The notes below the pieces were generated by a model. That model saw only the letters and a list, made by a program, of their open reading frames with translations, ran no database searches and had not been told where the DNA came from. Positions 49,862 through 59,570 of a stretch of 64,000 nucleotides of DNA are shown in pieces; the first letter of the stretch is position 1, and each line of letters starts with the position of its first letter. Source of the stretch: Takakia lepidozioides (taxonomy: Eukaryota > Plantae > Bryophyta); the NCBI GenBank assembly GCA_030704615.1, contig CM060732.1, forward strand, positions 56,420,001 through 56,484,000, in the 5' to 3' direction. The translations under genes and the position numbers were made by a program.

Positions 49862-52800
49862 TTAAGTGTCAGGGTCCTCACTGACCACCTTTAACGGCTG
49901 ACCACCCACTGGTGGTATGAATGGTTTCAAATCTCGCCTACTTCTTACCCATTCCTTGTTTGCCCCATCTCTTAGCCTGCATTTGCGTGCAGCTTCCCTT
50001 CCAGGATCATAAGGTACTCCCAACAGGTACATTGTGTTAATTCCCCTTCTGTTTCTGCTCCAGATATCTTGGAGAGGTCCGTTCATAATATTGTTTTTGA
50101 TTGTCATGCCTTGGCCTTCAGCAAAGGGAAACCCCTCTCTGCTCATAATCTTCATGGCCACTTCTGTCTGGCTGGTGCGAGCAGGGTTGTTCTCAAACTG
50201 ACACCACCACCTGGTTTCCATGCAACTCATCATGCCAATTTCATGGCCTTCTTCCCTGGCCACAGTTTTCGTGCTCCATCCCTGAGCTTGCATCGTCGTC
50301 CAGCCTCTCTTATTTAAGTGACAGTGTCCCGGCTGTCCATTTGTTCCGCCGGCCAGAGCAAGTCCAATTTGTGACAATGCCTTCTTCCTCTTCTTGTAGT
50401 TCATGCCAGGCAGGTCCTGATCTCCTTCCCATACAAACCAGCGTTTCCCAATTTTGATGTTGCTCCCTGGCTCCTTGTTTTGAATCTCAGCTACCACTTG
50501 TGCTCCCATCGACACTTGCACCTTTCGTACTGCCTCATTTCCTGCATGCAGGTTGTCCTCAACAGCAGGCTGCAATTTCATTTGCATTGTTGGTGGCAAG
50601 TCATGGGCAACCCTTTGGTTACCATGCCTTCCTTCTTCCCTTTCAACCAGCCTGCCCTCTTTAAGAGATTCAGGGCTGGTGTATGCCTTGCAAGTAGAAG
50701 TGATCGTGACATGGGTAGGCTTCATAGCCTCCCACATCAACTGCCCATCCATCTCCTGAGCCTGAATTTCACAACCATGCTGGGCATATCCTGAAATCAT
50801 TGCACTCCATGAGAGCAGATTGGGTGGCATACCTTCCTGCTCCATTTGTTCAAACAGTTGCAGGGTCTGTGCTTCAGAGCCATGCTGGGCATAACCTGCA
50901 ATCATTACTCTCCATGGCCCCACTTTTCTGTGAGACATATTGTCACACACATGTTGTGCATTCATGCTCCCACGTTTGGCATACCTGTCAACAATGGCAG
51001 TCTCCATAATGATATCTGGTGCAATACCAGATTTGATACTGTCACCATGGACCTCTTCGCCTTTTACCCGGTCTGCCAGGTTCGCACATGCATTCAACAC
51101 ACACAGGAACGTCACCTGTTTGGGCTTCTCTCCTTCATCTCCAGCATCTGCCATGAGCTGCCTCCCATACAAGACATGCAGCTCCTTCACTTTAATGCTT
51201 GAGCTTGCACTGAGCATTCTCAGATGTCCTCGTGTACCCGGATCCCATACCCTTTGTTGGGCATAGTTCATTGGCTGACCTCTGAACGTTATCAGGTCAA
51301 CCAGGGTCTTCTCAGCAGAAAGGCCAACCTTCTCTTTCTGATCCCTATGCATCCTCTCCATCCCAAGATGCATCTCTCTAAGAGAGTCAAACTTTGCTGC
51401 TAGTTTCCCCATTTTCCACAACAAGAGTGTTGAACCGTGAGAAGATTTCAAATCTTTCTTGTGAACGGTACTCAAATCTCCCATCCTTTGTTTTGTGGGT
51501 GGGAATTCAAGTTTCCTTGTATCAACATCTACAGTTTCAAGGGCTGGAGAGACACTCTGGCTTTTGGCACGAACTGGTAATTTCAGCGGACTCACATCTG
51601 ATCCCAAGTTGTCATGCAAGCTGATGTCTCTTGTGCACTCAACCAACATCCACTTAGACATACCATCTTCCTTGTCATCCTTCTCATGTGCTATATTGGT
51701 CGTATGTCCTCCTTTACTTGAGTGTTCCGAACTCCTTTTGTATTCAGGTTCATTGTCCTCCTTTGTCTTGCATTGCGCACATCTCACTCCTCCCATTCCC
51801 AATTGGTGTCCACATGTGTGTCTTTCTTTACACTCCATATGACCCTTCTTGGATGAACAAAAGGCAGTGACCTGCCCATCTACATAGCATTGGTCGTCCA
51901 ACTGAAACTTCCTACTTCTGAACTCTTCTTCACTCAATAAATTTTGACCACACAACCCTTGCACGTTGTCGTTGATGACATCAAGATTTCTGTATATTGG
52001 TGTGGTGGCGGTATCATGATCAAGACAATCATCCCTTGCTTCTAACTCTTGCTTGGTTCCACATTTTTTCCGCATGTCTTGCTCTATCTCCAACTGTGCA
52101 TCCTTTATGTCTGATTCCAGAGGTGCATCTTGATCCAGACCCTTTCTCGTTTGAGCGAGCAATGTACACTCTTCCTCTACCCATCCCATCAGATCTGCCC
52201 AAGACTCCTTGTCATCTTCGTCTCTCAAGACACTCACTTCACAGGTTGTACCACTAATCCTTGGTGAGTTGGCAACACTATGCCCATACTCCCCAAGCAT
52301 GTCTTGATCTACATGTGCCTTTGTAGAAGACCTTAGGATCTGCACAGGAACTTGCAACCTAGGTGCACTCTCTTCATTGACACCTGATTGACTCTCTGTT
52401 GAACAAAAGATATCTTCCAAGATCTCTTCTTCCACATCACAAAACACATTCACAACGTTTGTGCCAAGAGAGCTTACACATTCGAATTCCATCCTTCTGC
52501 TGCTCTTCGACTCCCATTGTTCCAACATTTCACAGCCTGAATCTTGCATTCCACATGTTCCCATTTGCAGCCCCAGCCGGTGATTCTTTTCACTTCGGAT
52601 CTGATTCTGTCTTGATGGACATGCAGTGCAACACTCTACTTGCTGCCTTGTTTTGTTCAAGTTGAGAACTCGAGGAAGCATTGCAGGGACTTCACTGGTG
52701 TGGTTCTTCTCCCTAAAGCACCTCCGTGACATTGTTTTGTGATCTGGTATAGGTTTATGATCAATAGAACTCACAGGTGTGAACCTGTTGTGCTTATCCT

Positions 52801-53146
52801 TCTCAATCAGAGATAATTTCTCTTCCATCCCTGTAACAGACTCTTCCACATTGGTATCTATCTCATCAAACTTCCTTGCTAACATCACTTCATTCTTACT
52901 TGATTGATCTTCTCCTCCAAATTTCAAGATTATGGCTACTTGAAAATCATGCCAGTTCATGGACCTTGGTTTTTGCATTCGATGCCAAGTGTCAGCCCGT
53001 GCCTTGAGATTCAGCCTTGCCGATATAAATAACTTGTGCTCGTCAAAGCTCCTCCTCTCACCATCCCTTTTCAGATTCTGGATCCAGCTGCAAACATCCT
53101 CATCCTTCTTTCCGTAAAATGGAATGTTAGTCACCATTGCTCGCAA
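49862..53146 (-). CDS. Gag N-terminus, unknown region and PLS-class PPR motifs fused in one ~1090-aa ORF
   Basis: FYGKKDEDVCSW...LKARADTW...WHDFQ..IILKF (gag-like); VTFLCVLNACA..GEEVH..ETAIVDRYAKRG..WRVMIAGYAQHG..LFEQMEQEGMPPNLLSWSAMISGYAQHG (PPR). Confidence 0.85.
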   Translation of the reverse strand: MRAMVTNIPFYGKKDEDVCSWIQNLKRDGERRSFDEHKLFISARLNLKARADTWHRMQKPRSMNWHDFQVAIILKFGGEDQSSKNEVMLARKFDEIDTNVEESVTGMEEKLSLIEKDKHNRFTPVSSIDHKPIPDHKTMSRRCFREKNHTSEVPAMLPRVLNLNKTRQQVECCTACPSRQNQIRSEKNHRLGLQMGTCGMQDSGCEMLEQWESKSSRRMEFECVSSLGTNVVNVFCDVEEEILEDIFCSTESQSGVNEESAPRLQVPVQILRSSTKAHVDQDMLGEYGHSVANSPRISGTTCEVSVLRDEDDKESWADLMGWVEEECTLLAQTRKGLDQDAPLESDIKDAQLEIEQDMRKKCGTKQELEARDDCLDHDTATTPIYRNLDVINDNVQGLCGQNLLSEEEFRSRKFQLDDQCYVDGQVTAFCSSKKGHMECKERHTCGHQLGMGGVRCAQCKTKEDNEPEYKRSSEHSSKGGHTTNIAHEKDDKEDGMSKWMLVECTRDISLHDNLGSDVSPLKLPVRAKSQSVSPALETVDVDTRKLEFPPTKQRMGDLSTVHKKDLKSSHGSTLLLWKMGKLAAKFDSLREMHLGMERMHRDQKEKVGLSAEKTLVDLITFRGQPMNYAQQRVWDPGTRGHLRMLSASSSIKVKELHVLYGRQLMADAGDEGEKPKQVTFLCVLNACANLADRVKGEEVHGDSIKSGIAPDIIMETAIVDRYAKRGSMNAQHVCDNMSHRKVGPWRVMIAGYAQHGSEAQTLQLFEQMEQEGMPPNLLSWSAMISGYAQHGCEIQAQEMDGQLMWEAMKPTHVTITSTCKAYTSPESLKEGRLVEREEGRHGNQRVAHDLPPTMQMKLQPAVEDNLHAGNEAVRKVQVSMGAQVVAEIQNKEPGSNIKIGKRWFVWEGDQDLPGMNYKKRKKALSQIGLALAGGTNGQPGHCHLNKRGWTTMQAQGWSTKTVAREEGHEIGMMSCMETRWWCQFENNPARTSQTEVAMKIMSREGFPFAEGQGMTIKNNIMNGPLQDIWSRNRRGINTMYLLGVPYDPGREAARKCRLRDGANKEWVRSRRDLKPFIPPVGGQPLKVVSEDPDT

Positions 53147-53203
53147 ATCACTCTCCTATCTTGCTACACTAAATCCTACATTTCCCGGATCAAAGACCGG
53201 CCT

Positions 53204-53215
53204 GCTCTGATACCA
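53204..53215 (-). promoter_or_regulatory. Primer-binding site (tRNA-iMet)
   Basis: TGGTATCAGAGC on the minus strand, 5 nt from the repeat. Confidence 0.9.
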
Positions 53216-53220
53216 AAAGA

Positions 53221-55534
53221 AGGGGCGTGAATCCCCTTCTGTGCAAGTCTAGTTGTGCTCTTCCCTAGGTCAATCGGAGGGAAGGAAAGGAGCTCTCCCT
53301 CTCAGCTGATCCAACCATCGTCACTCGGTGTGGGTTTCCATCAGGTCCTTCGTGATCAGAGTTCGCACAATCCTCATCCACGCCGCAGCGGAAGAGAAGA
53401 CATGGATGGGGAGTCAGTATTGTTTTCACCCGTGGTTCTACTTCTACACGACATCCTTTCCCTGATACACTGCACCAGCCATGTTACCATGCGGTCTTCA
53501 GTGATGCAACCAGCCCTACGTCAGTGATGACCACTGCCCTTGTGGGCAGCTCTCTTGGTCAACAATACGTGGAATCCCCTTTGTAACAAGATCACGATTT
53601 GGAAGGCGGCAACGCAGATCTGCCATGAGTTTGCAGGCCCACCAGTTTGGCCCTTCATGGTTTCATGCTTTCTTTATCTTACCTCCCCAATCATCCATTC
53701 CTCATCATAACCTCTTGCTGGTCAACTCTCTCCCTTGTGTCCTTTTCTCTCTCCCTCTCTCTTTCTTTCAGGATAAGTGGGTTCCTCACTCTTTCCACTG
53801 TAACATGCCTATGATGCAATGCAATGCGCATTCAGCCAAGCATCCAGTGCACCCAGCATTGAAATCAACCTTGGTCACACAAGATATAATCAGCCCTTTT
53901 ATCAGTCCCTCTCTTGCCAATGACAGATGCTTCACACTCCACTTTTCCCAGGTATAACCATTGCCCAAGACAGCTCTCAACCCTTCTACAGGTCTCAATT
54001 TACACACCCTGACAGCTCTCTTTTTCCCATCAGCTGTGAACCTCAGTGGTTCATGGGCTGAGAGCACTCTGAGAATCAGATCCAAACCCAAACAGATGCT
54101 GGTTTTTCTGCCCCATCCACATCATCCCTTCTTGTTGTTTCCAAACAGTTCTATCTAACCCTCTCTGGTTTCCTCTACCTACTAAGCTAGTTCCACATTG
54201 GCTGCAATGTGTCAACATCCCAGGCTAGATTGTTTGTACAAGCTCATGACGTTGAAACAAGGAACAAGAATACAACAACAGTAACCATTCTGTCCCAGCA
54301 ACGAGTCTACCCTGTTTCCATTCATTTTCCTACTGTACAATGTAATAGCAGGTGCATCCATCTCCAGCCCATCCTGATTTGAAGTCCAGTGTCTTCATTC
54401 CATTTACAAAGCTCTTTTCCTTCCTCACATGTCAGTGTCTCTTACTACATACAAGAGACAGTTCAAACTTCACAAAGCGATTTCTAAGCAACCAAAAACC
54501 CAAAAAAGGGGGCCAACACTCCTCAAACTTATCTGTCTTATACTCCTTGAAGTGGTGGGTCTGCCTGTCAAGAAGGCACCTTATCCTCTCCCTCGTCAGC
54601 CATCTCCGACGTTTTCTTCTTATCGTGATTCCAGTCCTCATTAAGGCATGACGGCTCTGCTTCAGCTGCTGGCACATCCTTGTGCCTGCCAACCTCTACC
54701 CTATCCTTCTACATGTGCATTTCCTCCCTATGAGGTGATCTGGTCCTACAGCCCTTAAGACAGAGAGCAGATACATAACTTATTTATAGATAGCTTAAGC
54801 GCCATACACACCAGAAGGCGGCACCGCTTCCTCTTGCACAGAAAGCCAAGCCAGATCCCTCAACGTCACTCTTTAAGGCAAGCTGATTCCCTTACAAAGT
54901 GATCTGGTCCTACAGCTCAAAAACAGACAGCAGCTACAAGATTTGATCACTGACAACCTGAGGCGATAATACACACCAGCCTGCATTTCTCATCCCCCAA
55001 CACCTGCTGAGCCACTCCATCTCCTCATTAATGTGCTCACAAATACCATGGCGACAGCAGTGGTGCACCGCCCTTATCACAAACCCGATCCCTCAGGTTT
55101 GATCATTGCTTACGAAGAAGGCGGCACCGCTTCTTCTTGCACAGAAAGCCAAGCAGGAGCTCTTAACATTTCTCTTAAAAGCAAGCTGATACCCTTTGCG
55201 TAGGTGGAACCTTCTCAGATATCCTGTGCTGCCAACACCACTGCAGCAGCTGCGAAAAGATCCACGCACTCTTCCCCTTCGAATTTCACATCCCGCTTCT
55301 AGGGTTCAACATCATGGATGAAAATCATTCATCCTAGGGATGAAAAAGGTGCATGTCATAACTTAGCCATATTTTGTTCTTGGCAGATAAATAGCATAGT
55401 CCTTCCATGGAATTACCTCAAGTTATGGTCAATTCCTCCCCTTCATTAGCACGAAGGGTACTCCCTTTGTAGTAGTGCCGAAACCTGATGCCAAACACAA
55501 ACTTGAGATTTTTACTCCCTGCATTCACACTACA
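53221..55534 (-). repeat. 5' long direct repeat (LTR)
   Basis: Direct repeat of 47526-49839. Confidence 0.95.
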
Positions 55535-55772
55535 ATTGATCTGCTTCCCGTACCAATTCCCTTAATCTTTCTTGCGAAGAAACAGAAGGAATGGCATCCA
55601 ACTCTAGTTCTTCCGGTATGGGTGATGTACTCTGTGATCTTAATGGTGTGAGAGGTCCAGATGATTCCCCTATGTCTATTCCTCTCTCCCAAAGATATGG
55701 ATAATTAGCTTTCAGATAGCTTTCTCTTTTTGCTGAATATCTCTGGCGTCTAGCTTCTCTTTCATCACTCAT
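55535..55772 (-). pseudogene. gag: Element A gag N-terminus
   Basis: MSDEREARRQRY... matches the gag start at 59571. Confidence 0.88.
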
Positions 55773-55793
55773 GTCCCATGTCTTTCATTTCTT

Positions 55794-56490
55794 TTAATGT
55801 GGCAATAAACAAAACTCTCTTCTGTAATATCTCTCGTATATGCCTGGGTTTCTTTCAAGCTTCAATGCACCCTTGGCTATACTTGAAGTCTCCGTTACCA
55901 TATAACCATATGGCAAACAAGTCTGAAAAGCTGTTCTTGGTGTGAGTTTGATCCACAAAATATCCTTTGGAATCCAATTCTTTACCAGTACAAGCTCTTC
56001 ATGCATATGAGTATAAACATTCACCTTTATTTCTTCCCAGCCTTCAAACTCTACTCGCTTAATGGATAGCAATGCTATCACATAAACCAACGTGGGTAAC
56101 CAACGTGCTCTTCCTCTACAGGCTACCTGATAAATCTTTATCACTCCTTTCTCCAGACCCCATTCCGGATCAGCATCATGCACTCGCTTAAGAATATTTT
56201 CTTTACAAACCGTCTGGCAATTCCAAGAACCTTTGAAAGAATTGTTTGGACAATCTTTCTTCCTTCGTTCCACAGGGAATTTGATTCACTTCAAATTCTT
56301 TAATGGTCCAACCACCATGATCCCACCAGATGCCTGTCACATCTGGTTGTTCATGACTCAGTTCCCCAGTATGGTCGCCAAATGTCGCGCGGCTTTTACT
56401 TACCCATCCCTTCGCTATCCGAGGCGGAAACTCCAAGATAGAAGAGTTGGAAATCTCTAAGTACTCAGCCCGCGCAGAACAATCAGTCAT
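55794..56490 (-). pseudogene. Extra ORF upstream of gag (frameshifted copy)
   Basis: Matches the intact 231-aa ORF 58854-59549; 1-bp shift near 56207. Confidence 0.65.
56363..56380 (-). promoter_or_regulatory. Primer-binding site of element A (tRNA-Arg-like)
   Basis: TGGCGACCATACTGGGGA, 2 nt from the LTR; resembles the TGGCGAC..CTGGGGA PBS of Tat/Ogre-type elements. Confidence 0.8.
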
Positions 56491-57378
56491 GACCTACAGC
56501 TAGTGTATCATGGGGGTGTTTCCTATTTGTTTCCCTTTTGGCATTCATGTTAGCTAGTTACCTTACTGTTGGTAATTAAGTATCAATTTGCTTCAGTAAT
56601 CTATCGGATTCCATCAACTCATCCATTCATTCCACAGCTTCACTCAGATCTCTCTACACAATGTGAGTATGAAGTGTGTATCAGATTAATATCTATCAAG
56701 TATCAGGCTGAAGCCATGGAGTCTCTAATCTGCTCTACATTACAATTCTACTGCCTGCATTCATTAAGCATCAACAGATCATCCTTCTCCTACTCCGTGC
56801 TCTCCCTCTTTCTCCTCAGAGATCTGTTCTCTGCCTCATTTTCCCCTGTGATGTCCGAAGTCTTCCCCCAAGAAGTGCTCCTACCCCTCCTTCCAGCAGT
56901 GATTCCCCAAGAAGTGATCCAAGAATTGATCCTTTTCCAGTCCTTGCTCCTAGCTTTATCTTCCTACCCGTTGTTCTAACCGTTTCCCTCACTAACCGTC
57001 ATCCGTGAACTAACATGTTCCCTTCGCAGGTGTTGTTCCCCACAGTCGTTCCCTGTCCGGCTCTCCGTTCCCTATGGTCGTGATAGCTGTGTCAAGCTGT
57101 GACTGGCTGTGTGAAACTGTGACCGGCTGTGACTGGCTGTGCGACTGTGTTTGGCTGTGTCGGCTATGACGGGCTGTGTTGGCTGTGATGGGCTGAGTCG
57201 GGCTGTGACGAGCTGTGCCGGACTATGACGGGCTGTGTTGGCTGTGACGGGCTGTGTAACCCCCCCTAAAGTGTGCTGCTGTCACCCCTAAGGCTCCTGT
57301 TGGTCTCAGTCTGTGCAAAAATTAAGGATACCCCACAGATCCCGTATAAGTGTCTAAGTCCCAGACAGTCCTCTAATA
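56383..57378 (-). repeat. 5' LTR of element A
   Basis: Repeat of 3306-4349; terminal CA changed to TA; followed by TSD ATGTC. Confidence 0.93.
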
Positions 57379-57560
57379 ATGTCCAGTAGGGTATTGTACT
57401 TCAGAATTACATCGGGTACAATCCAGCTCTGACAATGTCACTATGGTTCTCTTTGCCCTTTTCCAGGGCTTCCAGGCTTGCTCATGCATTGCAAATGCAC
57501 ACAAACGTGATGTGGTTGGCCGGCTTCACCCCTTCCCCCATCATTTGATCTTAGGTCATT
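57379..57560 (-). pseudogene. PLS-class PPR remnant, upstream half
   Basis: Minus strand reads approximately [46 protein letters not shown]|M, joining MYPKCG at 3305. Confidence 0.8.
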
Positions 57561-57978
57561 GGCCTATTGCATCTGCTACTCTCTGTAATCCCACAGGCAT
57601 TCACCTTTTTGCCTCAATTGTCCCACCAGTGATGACTGCGGTCAGAAAAGTATCCATTCCACAGCTTCTCCGAGCGTCTATGTTACCTGTTTCTGGAAAC
57701 TTCCTGTTGTCACATGTTGGCCGTATCATGTCAGTCACTTCAAACTATCAAAGGTTCACTCAACTAGCTAACTTGCAGAATTCAACACGAAAATTTAGGT
57801 ACGACTCTGATAACAGGGGAAAACATGTTGAAATGTGTTGACAAAGGTGCCATACATGGACACTACGAGTATGGGGGCCAAATATAAATGAATGGTGGTG
57901 ACCCTGATGTGGAATTTTATCTGCAGTTGGATGGGAGGCTGCTCTCTGTAGGTAGGCATCGATAAGTCAATTTACTCC

Positions 57979-58961
57979 TGTTAGAGGACTGTAGGGGACT
58001 TAGACACTTATACGGGATCTGTAGGGTACCCTTAATTTTTGCACAGACTGAGACAAACAGGAACCTTAGGGGTGACAGCAGCGCACTGTAGAGGGGGGTT
58101 ACATAGCCCACACAGCCGACACAGCAGTCACAGCCCACACAGCCAACACAGCCCGACACAGCCGTCACAGCCCACACAGCCAACACAGCCCGTCACAGTC
58201 GTCACAGCCCACACAGCCCACACAGCCCGTCACAGTCGTCACAGCAGACACAGCCCACACAGCCAGTCACAGCCCGGCACAGCCACACAGCCAGTCACAG
58301 CCCGACACAGCCAAACACAGCCAGTCACCGCTTGACACAGCTGTCACGATAATAGGGAACGAAGAGTAGGACAGGGAACGACTGTGGGGAACAACACCAG
58401 TGAAGGGAACATGTTAGTTCACATACGACGGTTAGAGAGGGAAACGGTTAGAACCGCGGATAGGAGGATAAAGGGAAGAACGGGGAATGATGAGGGGATC
58501 ATTATTCGGGGAGGACTTCGGAGACAGGCGGGAGCGGAGATCGGAGAGCACGATGAAGGAGAAAAGAGGATTAGTAGATGCTTGTTATATGCAAAGCTAT
58601 AGTGATATAGGAAAGAAGATTAGAGACATAATGGCTTCGGCCTGATACCTGATAAATCATAATCTGATACTTATACGATACAATCACACTGTGTAGAGAG
58701 ATCTGAGTGAAGCTGTGGATTGAATGGAGGAGTTAAGGAAACCGATAAATTGATGAAGCAAACTGATACTTAATTATCAATGGTAAGGTAGCTAAGATGA
58801 ATGCGAAAAGGAAACAAATAGGAAACACCCCCATGATACACTAGCTGTAGGTCATGACTGATTGTTCTGCGCGGGCTGAGTACTTAGAGATTTCCAACTC
58901 TTCTATCTTGGAGTTTCCGCCTCGGATAGCGAAGGGATGGGTGAGTAAAAGCCGCGCGACA
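57979..58961 (+). repeat. 5' LTR (CACAGCC repeats ~58100-58345)
   Basis: Inverted homolog of the element A LTRs; middle part diverged, 3' part nearly identical. Confidence 0.9.
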
Positions 58962-59549
58962 TTTGGCGACCATACTGGGGACCTGGGACATGAACAACCA
59001 GATGTGACAGGCATCTGGTGGGATCATGGTGGTTGGACCATTAAAGAATTTGAAGTGAATCAAATTCCCTGTGGAACGAAGGAAGAAAGATTGTCCAAAC
59101 AATTCTTTCAAAGGTTCTTGGAATTGCCAGACGGATGTAAAGAAAATATTCTTAAACGAGTGCATGATGCTGATCCAGAATGGGGTCTGGAGAAAGGAGT
59201 GATAAAGATTTATCAGGTAGCCTGTAGAGGAAGAGCACGTTGGTTACCAACATTAGTTTATGTGATAGCGTTGCTATCCATTAAACGAGTAGAGTTTGAA
59301 GGCTGGGAAGAAAGAAAGGTGAATGTTTATACTCATATGCATGAAGAGCTTGTACTGGTAAAGAATTGGATTCCAAAGGATATTTTGTGGATCAAACTCA
59401 CACCAAGAACAGCTTTTCAGACTTGTTTGCCATATGGTTATATGGTAACGGAGACTTCAAGTATAGCCAAGGGTGCATTGAAGCTTGAAAGAAATCCAGG
59501 CATATACGAGAGATATTACAGAAGAGAGTTTTGGTTATTGCCACATTAA
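58854..59549 (+). CDS. Extra ORF upstream of gag, unknown function
   Basis: 231-aa open frame from an LTR-internal ATG across the PBS to 21 bp before gag; conserved in element A. Confidence 0.55.
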   Translation: MTDCSARAEYLEISNSSILEFPPRIAKGWVSKSRATFGDHTGDLGHEQPDVTGIWWDHGGWTIKEFEVNQIPCGTKEERLSKQFFQRFLELPDGCKENILKRVHDADPEWGLEKGVIKIYQVACRGRARWLPTLVYVIALLSIKRVEFEGWEERKVNVYTHMHEELVLVKNWIPKDILWIKLTPRTAFQTCLPYGYMVTETSSIAKGALKLERNPGIYERYYRREFWLLPH

Positions 59550-59570
59550 AAGAAATGAAAGACATGGGAC

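Larger units (their letters stand above)
47448..55534 (-). mobile_element. Young non-autonomous LTR-like element with 2.3-kb direct repeats and a gag-PPR chimeric ORF
   Basis: Inserted in gag with 4-bp TSD ATTG (47444-47447; 55535-55538); termini TGTAGTGTGAA...TTCACACTACA; 2314-bp repeats 47526-49839 and 53221-55534; iMet PBS; no RT or integrase. Confidence 0.9.
3306..57378 (-). mobile_element. Non-chromovirus Ty3/gypsy LTR retrotransposon 'A' with extra ORFs, expanded to 54 kb by nested insertions and rearrangement
   Basis: Matching ~1-kb LTRs at 3306-4349 and 56383-57378; 5-bp TSD ATGTC at 3301-3305 and 57379-57383; PBS next to the right LTR and PPT next to the left; gag-PR-RT-RH-IN order. 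Confidence 0.93.
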
